Notes under the pieces: model-generated
The model's input: the letters and a program-made list of their open reading frames with translations, nothing else
The model's database searches: none
What the model was told of the DNA's origin: nothing
Shown here: positions 40,597 through 53,658 of the stretch, piece by piece
How positions within the stretch are numbered: the first letter of the stretch is position 1
Layout of the letters: every line of letters begins with the position of its first letter
Position numbers and translations under genes: made by a program
NCBI RefSeq assembly: GCF_964355755.1
Contig: NC_092670.1
Location: forward strand, 9,972,201-10,036,200
DNA length: 64,000 nt
Direction of reading: 5' to 3'
DNA from: Antedon mediterranea
Taxonomy: Eukaryota; Animalia; Echinodermata

Positions 40597-41454
40597 CAAG
40601 TACTCCGTTAACTTGTGCTTTTACAAAAACGAAATTTGTCATCTATAATTAAAATGATGTTTCTGGTGTTCTCTTAATCACTGCCCTCTTGTAACTGTTG
40701 CCAACTGATGTTGTTATTAGAACATCTAGGTGTTAGGTTAAACCCATTTAGGTTTGAAAGTGTATAGGAAAGTTTTGTTTTAGTGATTTTTTACATTTAT
40801 ACATTGAAAGCTTTAGATTTAAATCTTAAATTGTATAGTAGTTTATTTGCTTTTTTAATGTTTATATACTTTCGCCTTTACCTTGGAAAATACATAAACA
40901 TTCATCTTGTGTTTGCTTATGTCACAAATTTCTTTGATCAAAACCAATATTATAAATATAATATGTAGGCCTACATTCATTGTAAGTATTTATTTCATTT
41001 TTAATCATTTCAAAACAAGATTTAACACTTAAAACTACAGCAAATATCTACTTAAAATATAGGAAATACTGATTTATGATTAGATATCAATTTGATTTTA
41101 TTAATTAAAAACAATGAATATAATAATGTCATTATTATGTATTAGCATAGTTTTAAATAATAAAATAAATATTTTTTTACAGAATGACATGAATATATTA
41201 TTTGGTATAATATTTAAAAATGATTAATAATAAAACATTCATTGTTTACTATTATATAATTTAAAATACAAAATTAAAAATTCCCTATAATAAATTTTTA
41301 AACAAATCACAGTTGATATGACAATATATTTGATTATTAAGGTTATAACATTTGAATTATTATAATAAAATAATTATTTAATGATAAGGTAAAATGATAT
41401 TTAAAAGAAACAAAGAGGAATCTAAATTATTCAATAATTACAGATTCTGATTTG

Positions 41455-41565
41455 TTATGGTGCTCTTTTAACCATCATCACTGTTGTCTTAAAAGATCAA
41501 AATAGCGATTCCAGTTGATGCCATTGTAATCAGCTGTACCTAGTGTGAGACAAAGCCCATTCAGG
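41455..41565 (-). pseudogene. Degenerate partial duplicate of the 3' half of FReD exon 5
   Basis: Reads LNGLCLTLGTADYNGINWNRYF, then a frameshift, then VMMVKRAP-stop. Starts ~20 nt after the copy 2 stop codon. Confidence 0.75.
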
Positions 41566-41585
41566 TCTCAATCATGAACATTCTC

Positions 41586-41830
41586 TTATGGTGCTCTTTT
41601 AATCATCATCACTGTCTTCTTGAGACTCTCATATTTATTATTGAAATGATACCAGTTGATACCTGCATTTGTACCTGGTGTAAGGTAAAGCCCATTCAGG
41701 TTTGAATAATGACAGGATTTGTACCACCAACCACTTTTCCTGTCCGTAGCACAGTTACTATCCATTCTCTTATCATTGTCTTTATCATACGTTGTAAATT
41801 GTTGACCATTGTGGTATGCCAAAGAATCAC
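41586..41830 (-). CDS. PAN-FReD copy 2, terminal exon 5
   Basis: Same acceptor context as copy 1 (tttgtttag). Encodes GDSLAYHNGQQFTTYDKDND..SNCA..KSGWWYKSCHYSNLNG...MMIKRAP-stop. Confidence 0.82.
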
Positions 41831-42639
41831 CTAAACAAACAAGATATTAGATCATCTTTAGTTTACTTCATATATCTTTAAATTTTTAAATATTTGTATA
41901 TTTGTATCACTATCCGATCAAAGTTTCCTCTGTGTATAATGTCATAAACCACATTTGTTACATAATAATAAAGACATAAGTTACTTTATATCTAGATTTC
42001 ATTATAAATCATGTGTATAATCTATACACTAAAAAATAAAATTGAATAAACAATACGGATAATAAAAAAATCTCATTTCGTTTTGTTTCCCAAGGTGAGA
42101 CTCGATCTCGGTACCTTGAATGCCATAGACACAGCCCAAACCACCGAGCCATACACAACTGACTAAAAGTTGTAGAATAATTCCTCCGGCTATTTACTAT
42201 GCAGTAACCACTTTAGTGCAGTTAGATTATTACATACCGCAATTAATTATAATTTTTTACTATGATGATATATTTAAAAATTTAAAAAAATGATGCACTG
42301 TCAAACTATAAACTTTTAACTTTAATATATGAACATTTTATGGAAGAAAGTTAATGTTAGGTTTGTTATTTCGGCCTAAGAAAATGTCATAATTATTTGA
42401 TTGGTATTTAAAATGCAATTAATGATGACTTTATCAACTTTTGTTCTCTTAATTTCATAATAAAGCATACATATGATACATACACTTCAAGAAATTGAAA
42501 TAAAAAATAGGTGTTCCCGAGCATTCTGACGATCTATATTATTTTTAAAATAAAGGATATTTTCACCATTTTGTTAACTTAGACGTGCGTAGCCAGTCAC
42601 TTTTGGTTATTTTATGTTGGCCATGAGTTTTATTTTTAA

Positions 42640-43830
42640 CTTACAAAATATGGTTCATCTATTCAAGTAGCGAGCTATTACAACTACGTGATCAAAACAA
42701 AGCACACCTGGACAAAGCGTACCTGAGTAATGCCTCCGTTGGAAAGTACATTGACTGGCCTAAAGAAATCAAACGCCGCAAACGAGGTAAAGCAGGAGGT
42801 CTTAGAAAGCGAATTCGACGGAAAAGATCCAGACCGTACATCCCGTCACTGATAATCGGTAATGTACAATTGCTGGATAACCAACAATGGCTGAAAATGA
42901 ATGAGCTCAGATCAAATGTGCAGCACCTAAATGAATTTAGGAATGTAAGTTTAATTTCATTTACTGAGACCTGGCTAACTGACCAACACAATGATAGCCA
43001 CACTGAGCTAAGTGGTTTTTATATGGTACGTGGGGATAGAGACTCGCTGGCAACTGGTAAATCGAAAGGCGGTGGTCTGTGTTTATACGTTAATAAGGGA
43101 TATTGCCATCCAAATAACGTATCGGTAAAATCCCATGTATGTACTCCAAACTCAGAAATCATGGTGACTAACATTCGGCTATACTACACACCACAAGAGT
43201 TCTCACACGTCATCGTAATGACAGTTTACGTGCCTGATAAAACATTAGCTAAAAGTGCCACCCAGGAAATTTTCGAGGCTACTATGATATCGAACCAAAA
43301 TCACCTGATGCTTTGATCATCATAAATGGAGATTTCAATCACTGTACTACTATCAGCACGTCGCATGTAATACTAGACTGAACAATAAACTAGACCTTTG
43401 CTATTCTAATCTAAAGAACGCTTACATGTCTACAAAGTTGCCAGGATTGAGAGACCATGATCTGGTTATGTTACGACCAAGATACACCCCGCTCCACAAG
43501 ACGAATGAACCAAAACAAATCACCGTAAAGAGATGGACAAACGAAGCGATGCTACAACTGCAAGGTGCACTAGAAGCAACTGATTGGGACTGTTTTAAAA
43601 ACTATTTTAACTCCATACATGATTTGACACAAAATAGTAAGCGACTATATCTGTTTCTGTAGCGAATTAATAATTAAAGTGCATAGTAATAATAAACTCT
43701 GGATAACAAACAGAGTTTGTGCAGTAATACATAAGAAAAAAAATGCTTTCAACAACAAGGAAATTGAACGTTTAAAAGAAATTAAGAAGGAACTAAAAAA
43801 AGTAACTAGATTTGAACTCCGCCATTTTAT
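42640..43830 (+). mobile_element. Decayed Rex1/Babar-like LINE, endonuclease-encoding 5' portion
   Basis: RRKRGKAGG..R..R...PSLIIGNV, SFTETWL, RGDR....GKSKGGGLCLYVN, P.EFSHVI...VYVP, NGDFNH; several frameshifts, no RT. Confidence 0.7.
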
Positions 43831-43835
43831 ATTCA

Positions 43836-46165
43836 AGTGGCCATAAGATGATGTCACTATGTCCGGTTAGCCATATCGATGCATGATTCTATATCTACAA
43901 CTCATCAACATCCATAATATGTAATAAAAAATAAACTTCACCATGTAGTTTAGAATTTATGACTATTTAAAAAAAAGCATAATTTTGACGAATTTTTGAA
44001 CTTTTTCATCAAAAACGCACGCAAATTATCCATTTACACGTGCTCGTAATTTTAAGTCGAAATTGTTTAAAAGTTTGTAAAATTACTAGAAAAGGCGGGA
44101 AAAACATAAATCACGCGAAAAATATATATTTTTGCGCTACATGCGCAGGTCAGTGATGTTTACAGTCCTATACGTCACTATGGCATCCCAGAACCCTTGG
44201 TAAATGCTATCCAGGTACTGTATACCAATTCTAGCAGTAGAGTCATGGTTGATGGTAACATCTCAAACTCCTTTAGTGTAACAACTGGAGTACTTCAAGG
44301 TGATGTACTGGCTCCATATATTTTTATTATCTTGGTGGATTATCTGCTGCTCCGGTCATCAGAATGTGACTCAGGAGTTGTGACTTGCCCACGAAAATCA
44401 AGAAGTTATCCAGCGAAAATCTTAAATGATTTAGACTTTGCAGATGACATCGCCCTGCTTGAGTCTTCAATACCTCGTGCCCAATCACAGCTAACGAGAA
44501 CTGCCAATGCTGCCGCTGACCTAGGGCTTATCATTAGTGCCCCTAAAACAGAGTATATGGTATTCAACTGCTATTCACAGCCCCCACTTGAAGTTTATGG
44601 AAATGCAATCAACCATGCAACCAACTTCAAATACCTCGGCTCCATGATGGCATCTAGCAGTGGGGATTTTAAAAGAAGAAAGGGTCTTGTCTGGACAGCA
44701 TTTTGGAAGCTAGAGAACGTTTGTGGAGATCTCCACCAAAGTAAAGCTGTACAATACAACCAGTGTTACTGTCCTTGTGTATGGCTGCGAGTCTTGGGTC
44801 CTCTCTAAGGCGATGGAAAGTGAAATCAACGCCTTTGGCACTTCATGCTATAGAATCATGCTAAATATCAAGAGAACAGATAGGGTGCCAAATGCTTATA
44901 TCTATGACCTAACCAAGACCAGACCGCTACTGGAAAATATTAGATCCCGTCAATTAAAGTTCCTGGGTCACGCGCTTCGAATGCCTGATGACGAACGATG
45001 CAAAGAGTACGCTCTGTATGTTCCTCAACATGGGAAAAGAAAACGAGGAAGGCAGAAAACCAACTTTCTGAAATACATCCAACAGCTTTTAGGGGATGAA
45101 GGAGGCATGATTACAACTGATAAGCTGTCAGAGTTAGCCAAGGACCGTTGTGGCTGGAGAAAGCTTGTAGTCGCTTGCTCCGCAGCCGACTGATGATGAT
45201 GATGCGCACGCGCGCGTAAAAAAATGCGCACACATGCTCAAAATGACATGAAACGCGTAGAAAGTTGATTAGAAGTTGATTTTTCGCATTTTGAAATTTT
45301 AATTTTGGCGTAACTTTCTGTGAAACATGCCATTTTTAATCCATAGAAAGTTTCCCCTTCATATGAATTAAATTTTCACCAAGTGTCAATACAAAATGAC
45401 TTTTGGTTTTTAATCTATGATCAATCATTGAAATTCATAAAATCGCGCGTAACTTACGCTGCGCAACTCGGACGGGACCGAAAACCTTATTACGACATCT
45501 TCAGATAGAGGTCAATCTTCTGATAAAGTTATACAATGTTATGTTGAGAAGATTTAGAGATACACTAGCAACAAAATTCTGGGAAAGAAAGAAGAACATA
45601 GAAAAAAAAAAAAGATCCTGACAATAACAAGGGGTTATTGTAGTGACCAAAGTTATTGACGCCTTTGGACATGATGACGTCACAAAAAAAATTTAAAAAT
45701 GGTAAATCATGCGAAAGATAATTGATTGACCTAGACAATATAAAAACATGGTGGGAAATGAAATACGGATAAGTGGAGATGCGCTCTATTAAATGTGATG
45801 AGCTATGACGAAAGAGACAAAAATCCTCTATTTTATAATCGAGTGGCCATACGATGACGTCACAATATCCGGTTAGCCATATCGATGCATGATTCGATAT
45901 CTACAACTCATCGAATTTCAGAATATGTAATAAACAATAAAATTCACCGTATAGTTTAGAATCTATGACTGTTTAAAAAAAGGCATAATTTTTTAACTTT
46001 TTCATCAAAAACGCGCGCAAATTATCAAATTCCAGGTGCTCGTATGACGTGATTTTAAGGCGAAATTGTTTAAAAATTGGTAAAATTACTAGAAAAGGCT
46101 GGAAAAACATAAATCACGCGAAAAAAGTATGTTTTTAACGCTATGTGCGCACGCGCGCGTAAAAA
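43836..46165. repeat. ~950-bp-period tandem repeat (one unit plus a partial unit) hosting the RTE insertion
   Basis: gtggccata.gatga.gtcac.at.tccggttagccatatcgatgcatgattc recurs at ~43836 and ~45843. Confidence 0.7.
44148..45201 (+). mobile_element. 5'-truncated RTE-like LINE
   Basis: YGIP, TGVLQGDVLAP, LDFADDIALL, FKYLGS, YGCESW, LKFLGH motifs; (TGA)n tail; 7-bp TSD atgcgca; empty-site homolog at ~46141. Confidence 0.85.
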
Positions 46166-47319
46166 TATATACTCAAATAAATAATAAACCCAGTTTTTAT
46201 GCTTCATAGAATTTAATATTACTGTATTTAATTTTTTTATTTAAATGTATTGTTTTTAACATAAATTTCCACTGTTTTTGCTATAAAAGTTGGGTTTTAA
46301 TAATTAATATAAGTATCTGCCCTTGTTTGTTTGTAAAATTCTGAGCCTCGTTTGGTCTTGTTTGTTTCCATTTGGTTCCATTTAGTGTGACCGGTCACAT
46401 ACACAATACAATTAAAATCATTTGCGTTCATTCCGTAGCATCCTTCGTAGCTTCAATATTTGGTTTGTTCCGCCAGTTTTGTCACACATGCCATCAGACC
46501 TTGTGTAATGTGTTCAAAAAGTGGGGTTTTTAGATTGTTTAGTTAGAACTGAACAATTGTAAGTCATTGTCGGTTTTGTACCTGATTTTGAATTCTATTT
46601 TCTATAGGATAATAAATAAGGTCTTTCGCTATTTATATTTTATTACATAACTATGATAAAGAACTTTAAAGGTCAGTTCATTTTTAAAATTAAAAGAATG
46701 GATTTGCACGCAGTATTTTATTTACATTCACCCAAGAAAGCTGCCTCCCCTAAATTTTAATAAAATTACGCTAGAACTGTTGCTTCCGTGGACTTTAGAT
46801 CCTGACGCCACCGCTGCTTAGGTACAGTACATGTCTCAAATTCTGTCCCAGCAGTTTAAATGCGATATTAAAATAAAATTCTACAGTATGTGGGTATTCA
46901 TTGATTATTTTTACTACAAGGTACTGTTACGGGCTCGCTCGTTAGGCTGAAACCAACAATAAGAACACAACAAAACACGTTGTAGTTGTCGTCCATCTTT
47001 ATTCATCTCCTTTCTTTTACTCTAGAGGGCTCACTTCCGTGTGACAAACCCATCACACACCCCCACTTAAAGAAAGTTTGATATGATTAAACTTATAACT
47101 GTTTACTATAACATCTTAAATCTTTTCTTATACAGTAGTTATTTTAACAGGTCGTTGATATGAATTTACTTCAACTGCTTCTTTAAAATTTCACAAGTTC
47201 TAATTACTTTAAATCCGTGTATGCCATTAATGCATCACTCTATCACAACTAACTTATTATAATTAAATAAACATTTTAAAATCAACAACACTTTTAAAAT
47301 CATTTCATGCATGTTTTAT

Positions 47320-50300
47320 CTAAACTCTTGACAAAGCGTCAGCTACAACATTGTCTTTTCCTCTGATATGATGAATTTCCAGATTCATTTCTTGAACTGC
47401 TAAACTCCATCTCAACAAGCGTTGATTCTTGTCCTTCATTCTTGCCAAGAAAGTTAATGGGTTGTGGTCAGTCCAAACTACAATTGGAAACGGAGTAGAT
47501 CCAAGATACACTTCAAAGTGCTTTAACGCTGACATCAAAGCTAATGTCTCCTTCTCAACAGTAGAATAACGTTTCTCATGCTGGTCGAATTTTCTCGAGT
47601 AGAAACACACAGGCTTGTCAACACCGTTCTCGTCTGTTTGTGCCAACACAGCACCAGAACCAACATCACTGGCATCAATCATCAACGAGAACTGTTTATC
47701 AAATTGTGGAGCCATCAACACCGGTTCGTTTGATAACATCGCTTTAACTTTAATGAACGCATTATTGCATTTCTCCAACCACACAAAGCTCGCATTCTTT
47801 TTCAGCAGATTCGTTAATGGAGCTACAAGCGTTGAGAAACTTCTGCAAAAACGTCGATAAAACCCAGCCATTCCCAGGAAACGCATTAACTCCTGCTTAC
47901 TCTTTGGAACTGGAAAATCACAGACTGCCTTAATCTTAGCACTTAATGGTTTCTCTTTTCCGCAACCAACTTTATGACCTAAGAACACAATTTCTGCACA
48001 GGAAAACTCGCTTTTCACCAAATTTACTGTCAACTTCGCAGCTGTCAACCTGTCAAACAATGCCTTAATTCTCTGCACATGGACATCCCATGTACAGTAT
48101 CACTATAAACAACCAAATCGTCTATATAAGCTTCACAGCCCTCCAACCCTGAAATTATACCATTAACCAATCTCTGGAACGTGGCTGGTGCATTCTTTAA
48201 ACCGAAAGGCATGACTTTATACTGATAAAGACCCATAGGAGTTACAAAAGCTGACACTTCTTTCGCACGCTCTGTTAAAGGAATTTGCCAGTAACCCTTT
48301 AGAAGATCAAATTTACTGACAAACTTAGCACTACCCACACGATCAATACAGTCATCTATCCTCGGTATGGGATATGAATCTGTAGTAGATTTGGCATTAA
48401 CCTTCCGATAATCAGTACAAAAACGATACGATTTATCTGGCTTCGGAACTAATATACATGGAGAACTCCAAGCACTGCAACTAGGCTCGATTATATCATT
48501 CTTAATCATGTAATCAATCTCATTTTGTAATATCTTCATCTTGAACGGATTTGCTCTATATGGATTTTGTTTTATTGGTGAACAATCAGCTGTCTTAACA
48601 TCATGCTCCACTAAGTTTGTTCGACCTGGAACATCCGAAAACAGCTGCAGATTTCCAAATATCAAACTAACAATTTCAACCTTACGATCACGAGATAAAT
48701 GACCAACTTTCTCTTCAATGTTTGCAAGGACATCTGAATTACTGAACTTAACACATGTATCAGGATCCCCAAACTCTTCAGAATTCTCTTCAACAACACA
48801 CGCAACTGGTGTTGACGTACAGGTATCAGTATTATTTCTCGCTGTGTATGGTTTCAACATGTTTATATGACACAGTCGCTTCTTCTTACGCCTATCTGGA
48901 GTATCTAACACATAGTCAACTTCTCCTACTCTTTCTAATACTTTGTAAGGACCAGCAAATCTTGCAGATAATGGTTGACTGGGAAGAGGCAACATAACTA
49001 ACACTTCATCACCTGAATTAAAGCTTCTCTTTTCTGATTTCCTATCAAACAATCTCTTCATTTTACCCTGAGCCTTCACAAGATTCTTTCTAGCCATCTC
49101 ACGAGCACGATTTAATCGATCACGAAATTCAGACACATAATCTAGTATCGATACAGACTCTTCTGCTTTCCCTAATAGCCTTTCTTTGACTATTTTAAGA
49201 GGGCCTCGGACCGAATGACCATACACCAACTCAAATGGGCTAAACCCTAAGGACTCTTGCACTGTTTCACGAACAGCGAATAACAATAAGGGAACTCCCT
49301 CATCCCATTCCTTTTCACATTGAAAACAATAGGTTTTAATCATATTCTTAAGTGTTTGATGAAATCTCTCAAGTGCCCCTTGAGACTGTGGATGGTAAGC
49401 ACTTGAACTTATATGGGCAACACCTAACTGCTCTAAGACTTGTTTAAATATCTTTGATATGAAGTTTGATCCTTGATCGGACTGAACAGCTTTAGGCAAT
49501 CCTACCCATGTAAAGAATTTTACCAATGCTTTAACAACATTCTTAGCTGTAATACGCCTAAGAGGAATCGCTTCTGGAAACCTACTTGATGCACACATTA
49601 TTGTTAATAGATACTCATTTCCATTTTTAGTACGTGGTAATGGACCCACACAATCAACAATAACCCTTGAAAATGGTTCACCGAATGCAGGAATAGGCTT
49701 AAGTGGGGCTACTGGAACCTTTTGATTAGGCTTCCCCACTACCTGACACGCATGACAGGATTTACAATAGTTAGACACATCTTTTCTAAGACCTGACCAA
49801 AAGAAATGCCTGAGAATTTTGTCTACCGTTTTATTGACACCTAAATGCCCTGAAAGAGGATCATCATGCGCAATACCAATAATATCCTGACGGTATCCAC
49901 TAGGAATAACTATCTGGTGAATCTCATTCCAAACATCACTACTTGGAATATCTGGTGGCCTCCACTTACGCATAAGTATGCCATCCTTTATATAATAACA
50001 AACAGGAACAATAGACATTTCCTCTACAGAAAGAGCTTGCTGACCAAATGGCACCAAATCAGGATCATTACTCTGCTCTTCCACTAACCTAGACCGATTG
50101 AGAACTGTCGGACCGAAATCACACACTTTTGGGTGCTGTTGTTCAGCCTGGGCAGTGTGTGACTCGGGACCTGAGCAGACAGCCTCTTGGGAAACGCGAT
50201 CTGTAATTTCTTCGTAAAAACTATCACATAAGTCAATACTCTCATCCTCATCTATGGTTTTATTTGCCATAGATCGCGTCACCGCACATGATGGAAACAC

Positions 50301-52806
50301 ATGTGATAATTCTTTCTCTAAACACACCGTGCTTTCGTCTTCAACAGGACTTTTGCACACAACCGGTTCTACTGTCACTCTCGCCCGTATTCTTAAACTG
50401 GACTTTAGTCGTAGTTCGAAGTTCGACTTGAAAAAGTCGTAGTTCAAGCTATTACTTCAAATTCGCTTAAAAAACGAAGTAGTCGAAGTTTGCAGTTCGA
50501 CTTAATGAAGTCGAGCTTTTATTCGAGTTGCACACGTCTGGGTAACAAAGGCTATACATTGGCCAATGACAAGAGAGTATTTGAGGAGCAGACGAAATTT
50601 TGCGCATTGATATCACTTTCCATTTTCTTACAAAACTTTTTACGCATCAGGACTATATACATGAAAAATAATTGTAATCGTTAATTATTAGAACAAGATC
50701 AGTATTAATTTAACAATGAAGTACTTTTGATTAACAACAAACAAAATCTTCAAAATATATTTAGGAACCATGGCGGTACGGTAACTTTCATATTTTCTAG
50801 GCCTCCAACAAAGTATGATCGCGACGAACCACGCACTTCCTAGCGTGACAAGAAAGCGCTAGGCCCCCTAAACATTCCATCGCGTGGTGAATTGCCGCAT
50901 CTCCCATTGTCGCTATGGCGTGACGTAGTTCAAGTCGGACTTGCGCGAAGAAAATAATGTAGTTTGTATACGGTTGTAAATAAAGATGATTTTCATTATT
51001 ATAACTTATACCAATGTATATTTAATTAAGCTAATATAAATATAGATATTTCATTCTTCAATATCTGGCCAATATAACAACTCAATGACTGTTACGTTTT
51101 TTATAAACATCGTTTAAAAACCATTTAGTCGACCATTTAGCCTGCCCCCTCCAGGACTAAAAAAATCGATCAAAATCCGTCTCGATTTAGTCGAGGTTGG
51201 CCTGATTTAGTCGGTGATTTAGTTGAAGTTCTGTTTATGAATTAAAATGACGTCATTTTTTTAGTTTTAGCTCGAACTACGACTAAAGTCCGGTTTAAGA
51301 ATACGGGCGTCTGTCTCCGGCCAAATCATTCCCCAAAAGGAGTGTGACACCCCATACTGGAAGACTCGGAACGACACCGACAACAAAATCTCCGCTAACA
51401 ATATCTGTTTCAATCCGAATTACATGAAGTGGGACTTCTTTATAACCCCTTTCAACACCTTGAATGAGCACACTTGCTCCAGCAGAAGACTCGTTTGAAA
51501 ATGACAATGCCGATTCTATTATCAGGGATTGTGACGCCCCTGTGTCTCTTAAGACACGAACTTTACTCAGATTCACATCGTTGATCAATGCTACAGAACC
51601 AGTAGAGAGGAAAGGCTTAAATAGCTTTCGCACTTTTTCCGGACCTGAAGATTGGATCAACTTCTCACATTCATCAGCGTCATGACTCGCTGTCACTTTC
51701 AACGGGACTGTATTTACTAACGTGTTTGGAAGTGATTGGGGTTTCTTATTATCCCCTTTAGATTTGCTTTGAAACAGCCAGCAATCTGCCTTTATATGAC
51801 CCTTTTTCTTGCAGTAAAAACAAGTTCTGACAAATTTACTACTACTATTAACTGTAGTTTTCTGACTTTGGACCTTAGAATCATCAACAGATTTGGAAAC
51901 CGATTTGGCATCCACCACCTTGTGCGTGAGCACATAATTATCGGCAACAGAAGCCGCTCTCATTAAATTATCAACTTTCTGCTCCTCTAGATGTGTACGA
52001 ACTTCAGTAGGGGAACAAGATTTAAACTCCTCAACTAACATAAGCTCACGAAGCTTTCTAAATTCACCCTTTACTCCTTCCGAACTACACCATCTATCAA
52101 AAAGAATCTGCTTCTAACGTGCAAATTCTGTAAACGTTTGATCATAAGGTTTACCTAAGTTCCTAAATTTCTGACGATACGCCTCTGGAACTAACTCATA
52201 AGCTGACAAAACAGCAGTTTTAACCGCATCATAGCTTTCACATTGATCATCAGCCAATGCAGAAAATACCTCTTGGGCTTTACCCACAAGAGCAGTTTGT
52301 AACAACACAGTCCAGTGTCTAGCAGGCCACTTTAATCTATTAGCAATTTTCTCAAAAGCTAAAAATTATGTCTCTACCTCGTCCTCATTAAACTTGGGAA
52401 CCCATTTAATATTCTGAGTAATCTCTGAATCATTAGGTGTAGAAACCCGTGTGGTGTGACCCATTTGGTTAGCTAATTCTAATTTCCTTAACTCAAATTC
52501 ATGTTTTTCTTTTTCCATTTCTCTTTGAGTTTGCATCTCTATTTTTCTTCTTTCAAAAATCAATTTTTCACGTTCCAACTCAATTCTAGCCAACTCGACC
52601 TCATTCCCCGCAGTTTTTACGGATTCATGAGTAATTAAACCAACATGATTTCCAATCACATTTATCAAGTCATATTTATTCATGGAATCATTTATAGATG
52701 CTCCAACCCTAGTACCTAGGAGTCGCAAACGCTCCTCTGATAGCTGAGCTACCACCTCAATGGACATGCTATCCAAAAAGTCCTCGTCAAAATCACTTTC
52801 TGACAT
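47320..52806 (-). pseudogene. Disrupted single gag-pol ORF of the Gmr1-type element
   Basis: ORF pieces join in one frame (1517 codons) once two nonsense codons (52366, 52114) are read through and the 928-bp MITE + TSD and a 5-bp insertion at 48095 are removed. Confidence 0.85.
50382..51309. mobile_element. MITE (probable Harbinger type) inserted in pol
   Basis: ~38-bp TIR cgcccgtattcttaaac.ggactttagtcgtagttcga, 3-bp TSD TCT; removal restores LGNDLAGDR|VTVEPVV. Confidence 0.85.
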
Positions 52807-53149
52807 AGTTTCTATTTGAAACAAACAAACAAAAACACAGGTTAAAATAATAACCAATATGACGATAATTAAGGCACCAGTAATGAAATACCTGCCAAGC
52901 CCACACAATATTAAACCTACCGTGCGCCGTGGTCTCAATAACTATAGACCCCTAAAATCAAAGCCAAACAGACTTCTAGTATCATAGCAAGTAGCAAGCC
53001 TACACAAGCCTAAAACAACAACACAGTGTACTGGCTCGACGACCGCCAAACCTCGTTCGTTATAAAACGCCTCTAAACCTAAAACCAGCTTAGAATAAGT
53101 AACTAAAATTACCATCAGTTCGATCTACAACTACAATTCCGCACTTTGT

Positions 53150-53167
53150 TCCCGGATGACCCCCCAA
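53150..53167 (-). other. Primer-binding site complementary to tRNA-Pro 3' end
   Basis: tggggggtcatccggga directly after the 5' LTR versus the Pro PBS TGGGGGCTCGTCCGGGAT. Confidence 0.7.
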
Positions 53168-53396
53168 TTTGTTACGGGCTCGCTCGTTAGGCTGAAACCA
53201 ACAATAAGAACATAACAAAACACGTTGTAGTTGTCGTCCATCTTTATTCATCTCCTTTCTTTTACTCTAGAGGGCTCACTTCCGTGTGACAAACCCATCA
53301 CAGTACTAAGGGTCTATAAGGCCTACAAAAAATGTTAATTCTTTGTATACTTTAAATGTGTTTTTTAGTGTAAAAATTGATTAAAGATATACTAAC

Positions 53397-53658
53397 CTGC
53401 CGTTCCTGTGTATCCACTAATTGTCAAAACATAGTTAGAGTCCTCAGTACCAACATGGAAGTGAGAATATCTTGCAAACTTTGTTACATCCAAGTGGTCC
53501 GTCATCTCTACTAAGAGCTCAAAACTGCCATGGGAAGTTATACGGTTGATCTGTTCATTACCAAGCCAGAACTCTGTGTTCAAATTTCCAAAACCCTCTT
53601 TGTATTGCGACCAATTACGGTTGAAATTAACTGATCCATCTTCTCTTCTCTGTATCAC
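53397..53658 (-). CDS. PAN-FReD copy 2, exon 4
   Basis: 262 nt, intact splice sites, open frame VIQRREDGSVNFNRNWSQYKEGFG...GYTGTAG. Confidence 0.82.

Larger units (their letters stand above)
35743..40646 (+). mobile_element. Penelope-like retroelement (RT + GIY-YIG), 5'-truncated, inverted pLTRs, interrupted by a LINE
   Basis: RT motifs ADKG, PLRPIV, SFDVVSLFT, GIAMGSPISP, RYVDD, VYRKPTHTDQYL; GIY-YIG region GVNY..C..C...YIGETGR. 156-bp inverted repeats at 35774-35929 and 40492-40647; 12-bp TSD aattaaaatgat. Confidence 0.9.
46925..53302 (-). mobile_element. Full-length Gypsy LTR retrotransposon, Gmr1-type (PR-IN-RT-RH order), in FReD copy 2 intron 4
   Basis: 133-bp LTRs (46925-47057, 53170-53302; one mismatch; TG...CA), TSD GTAC, tRNA-Pro-like PBS, purine tract, CCHC knuckle, DTGA protease, integrase preceding the YIDD RT and RNase H. 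Confidence 0.93.

Noticed and set aside
36015-50442. Antisense or overlapping short ORFs within the Penelope, LINE and Gypsy coding regions
   Set aside because: Shadow frames of TE ORFs with no recognisable domains.
52807-52938. Hydrophobic N-terminal extension on gag suggesting an env or membrane protein
   Set aside because: The frame starts at a non-ATG codon in the T-rich leader; the first ATG is at 52806.
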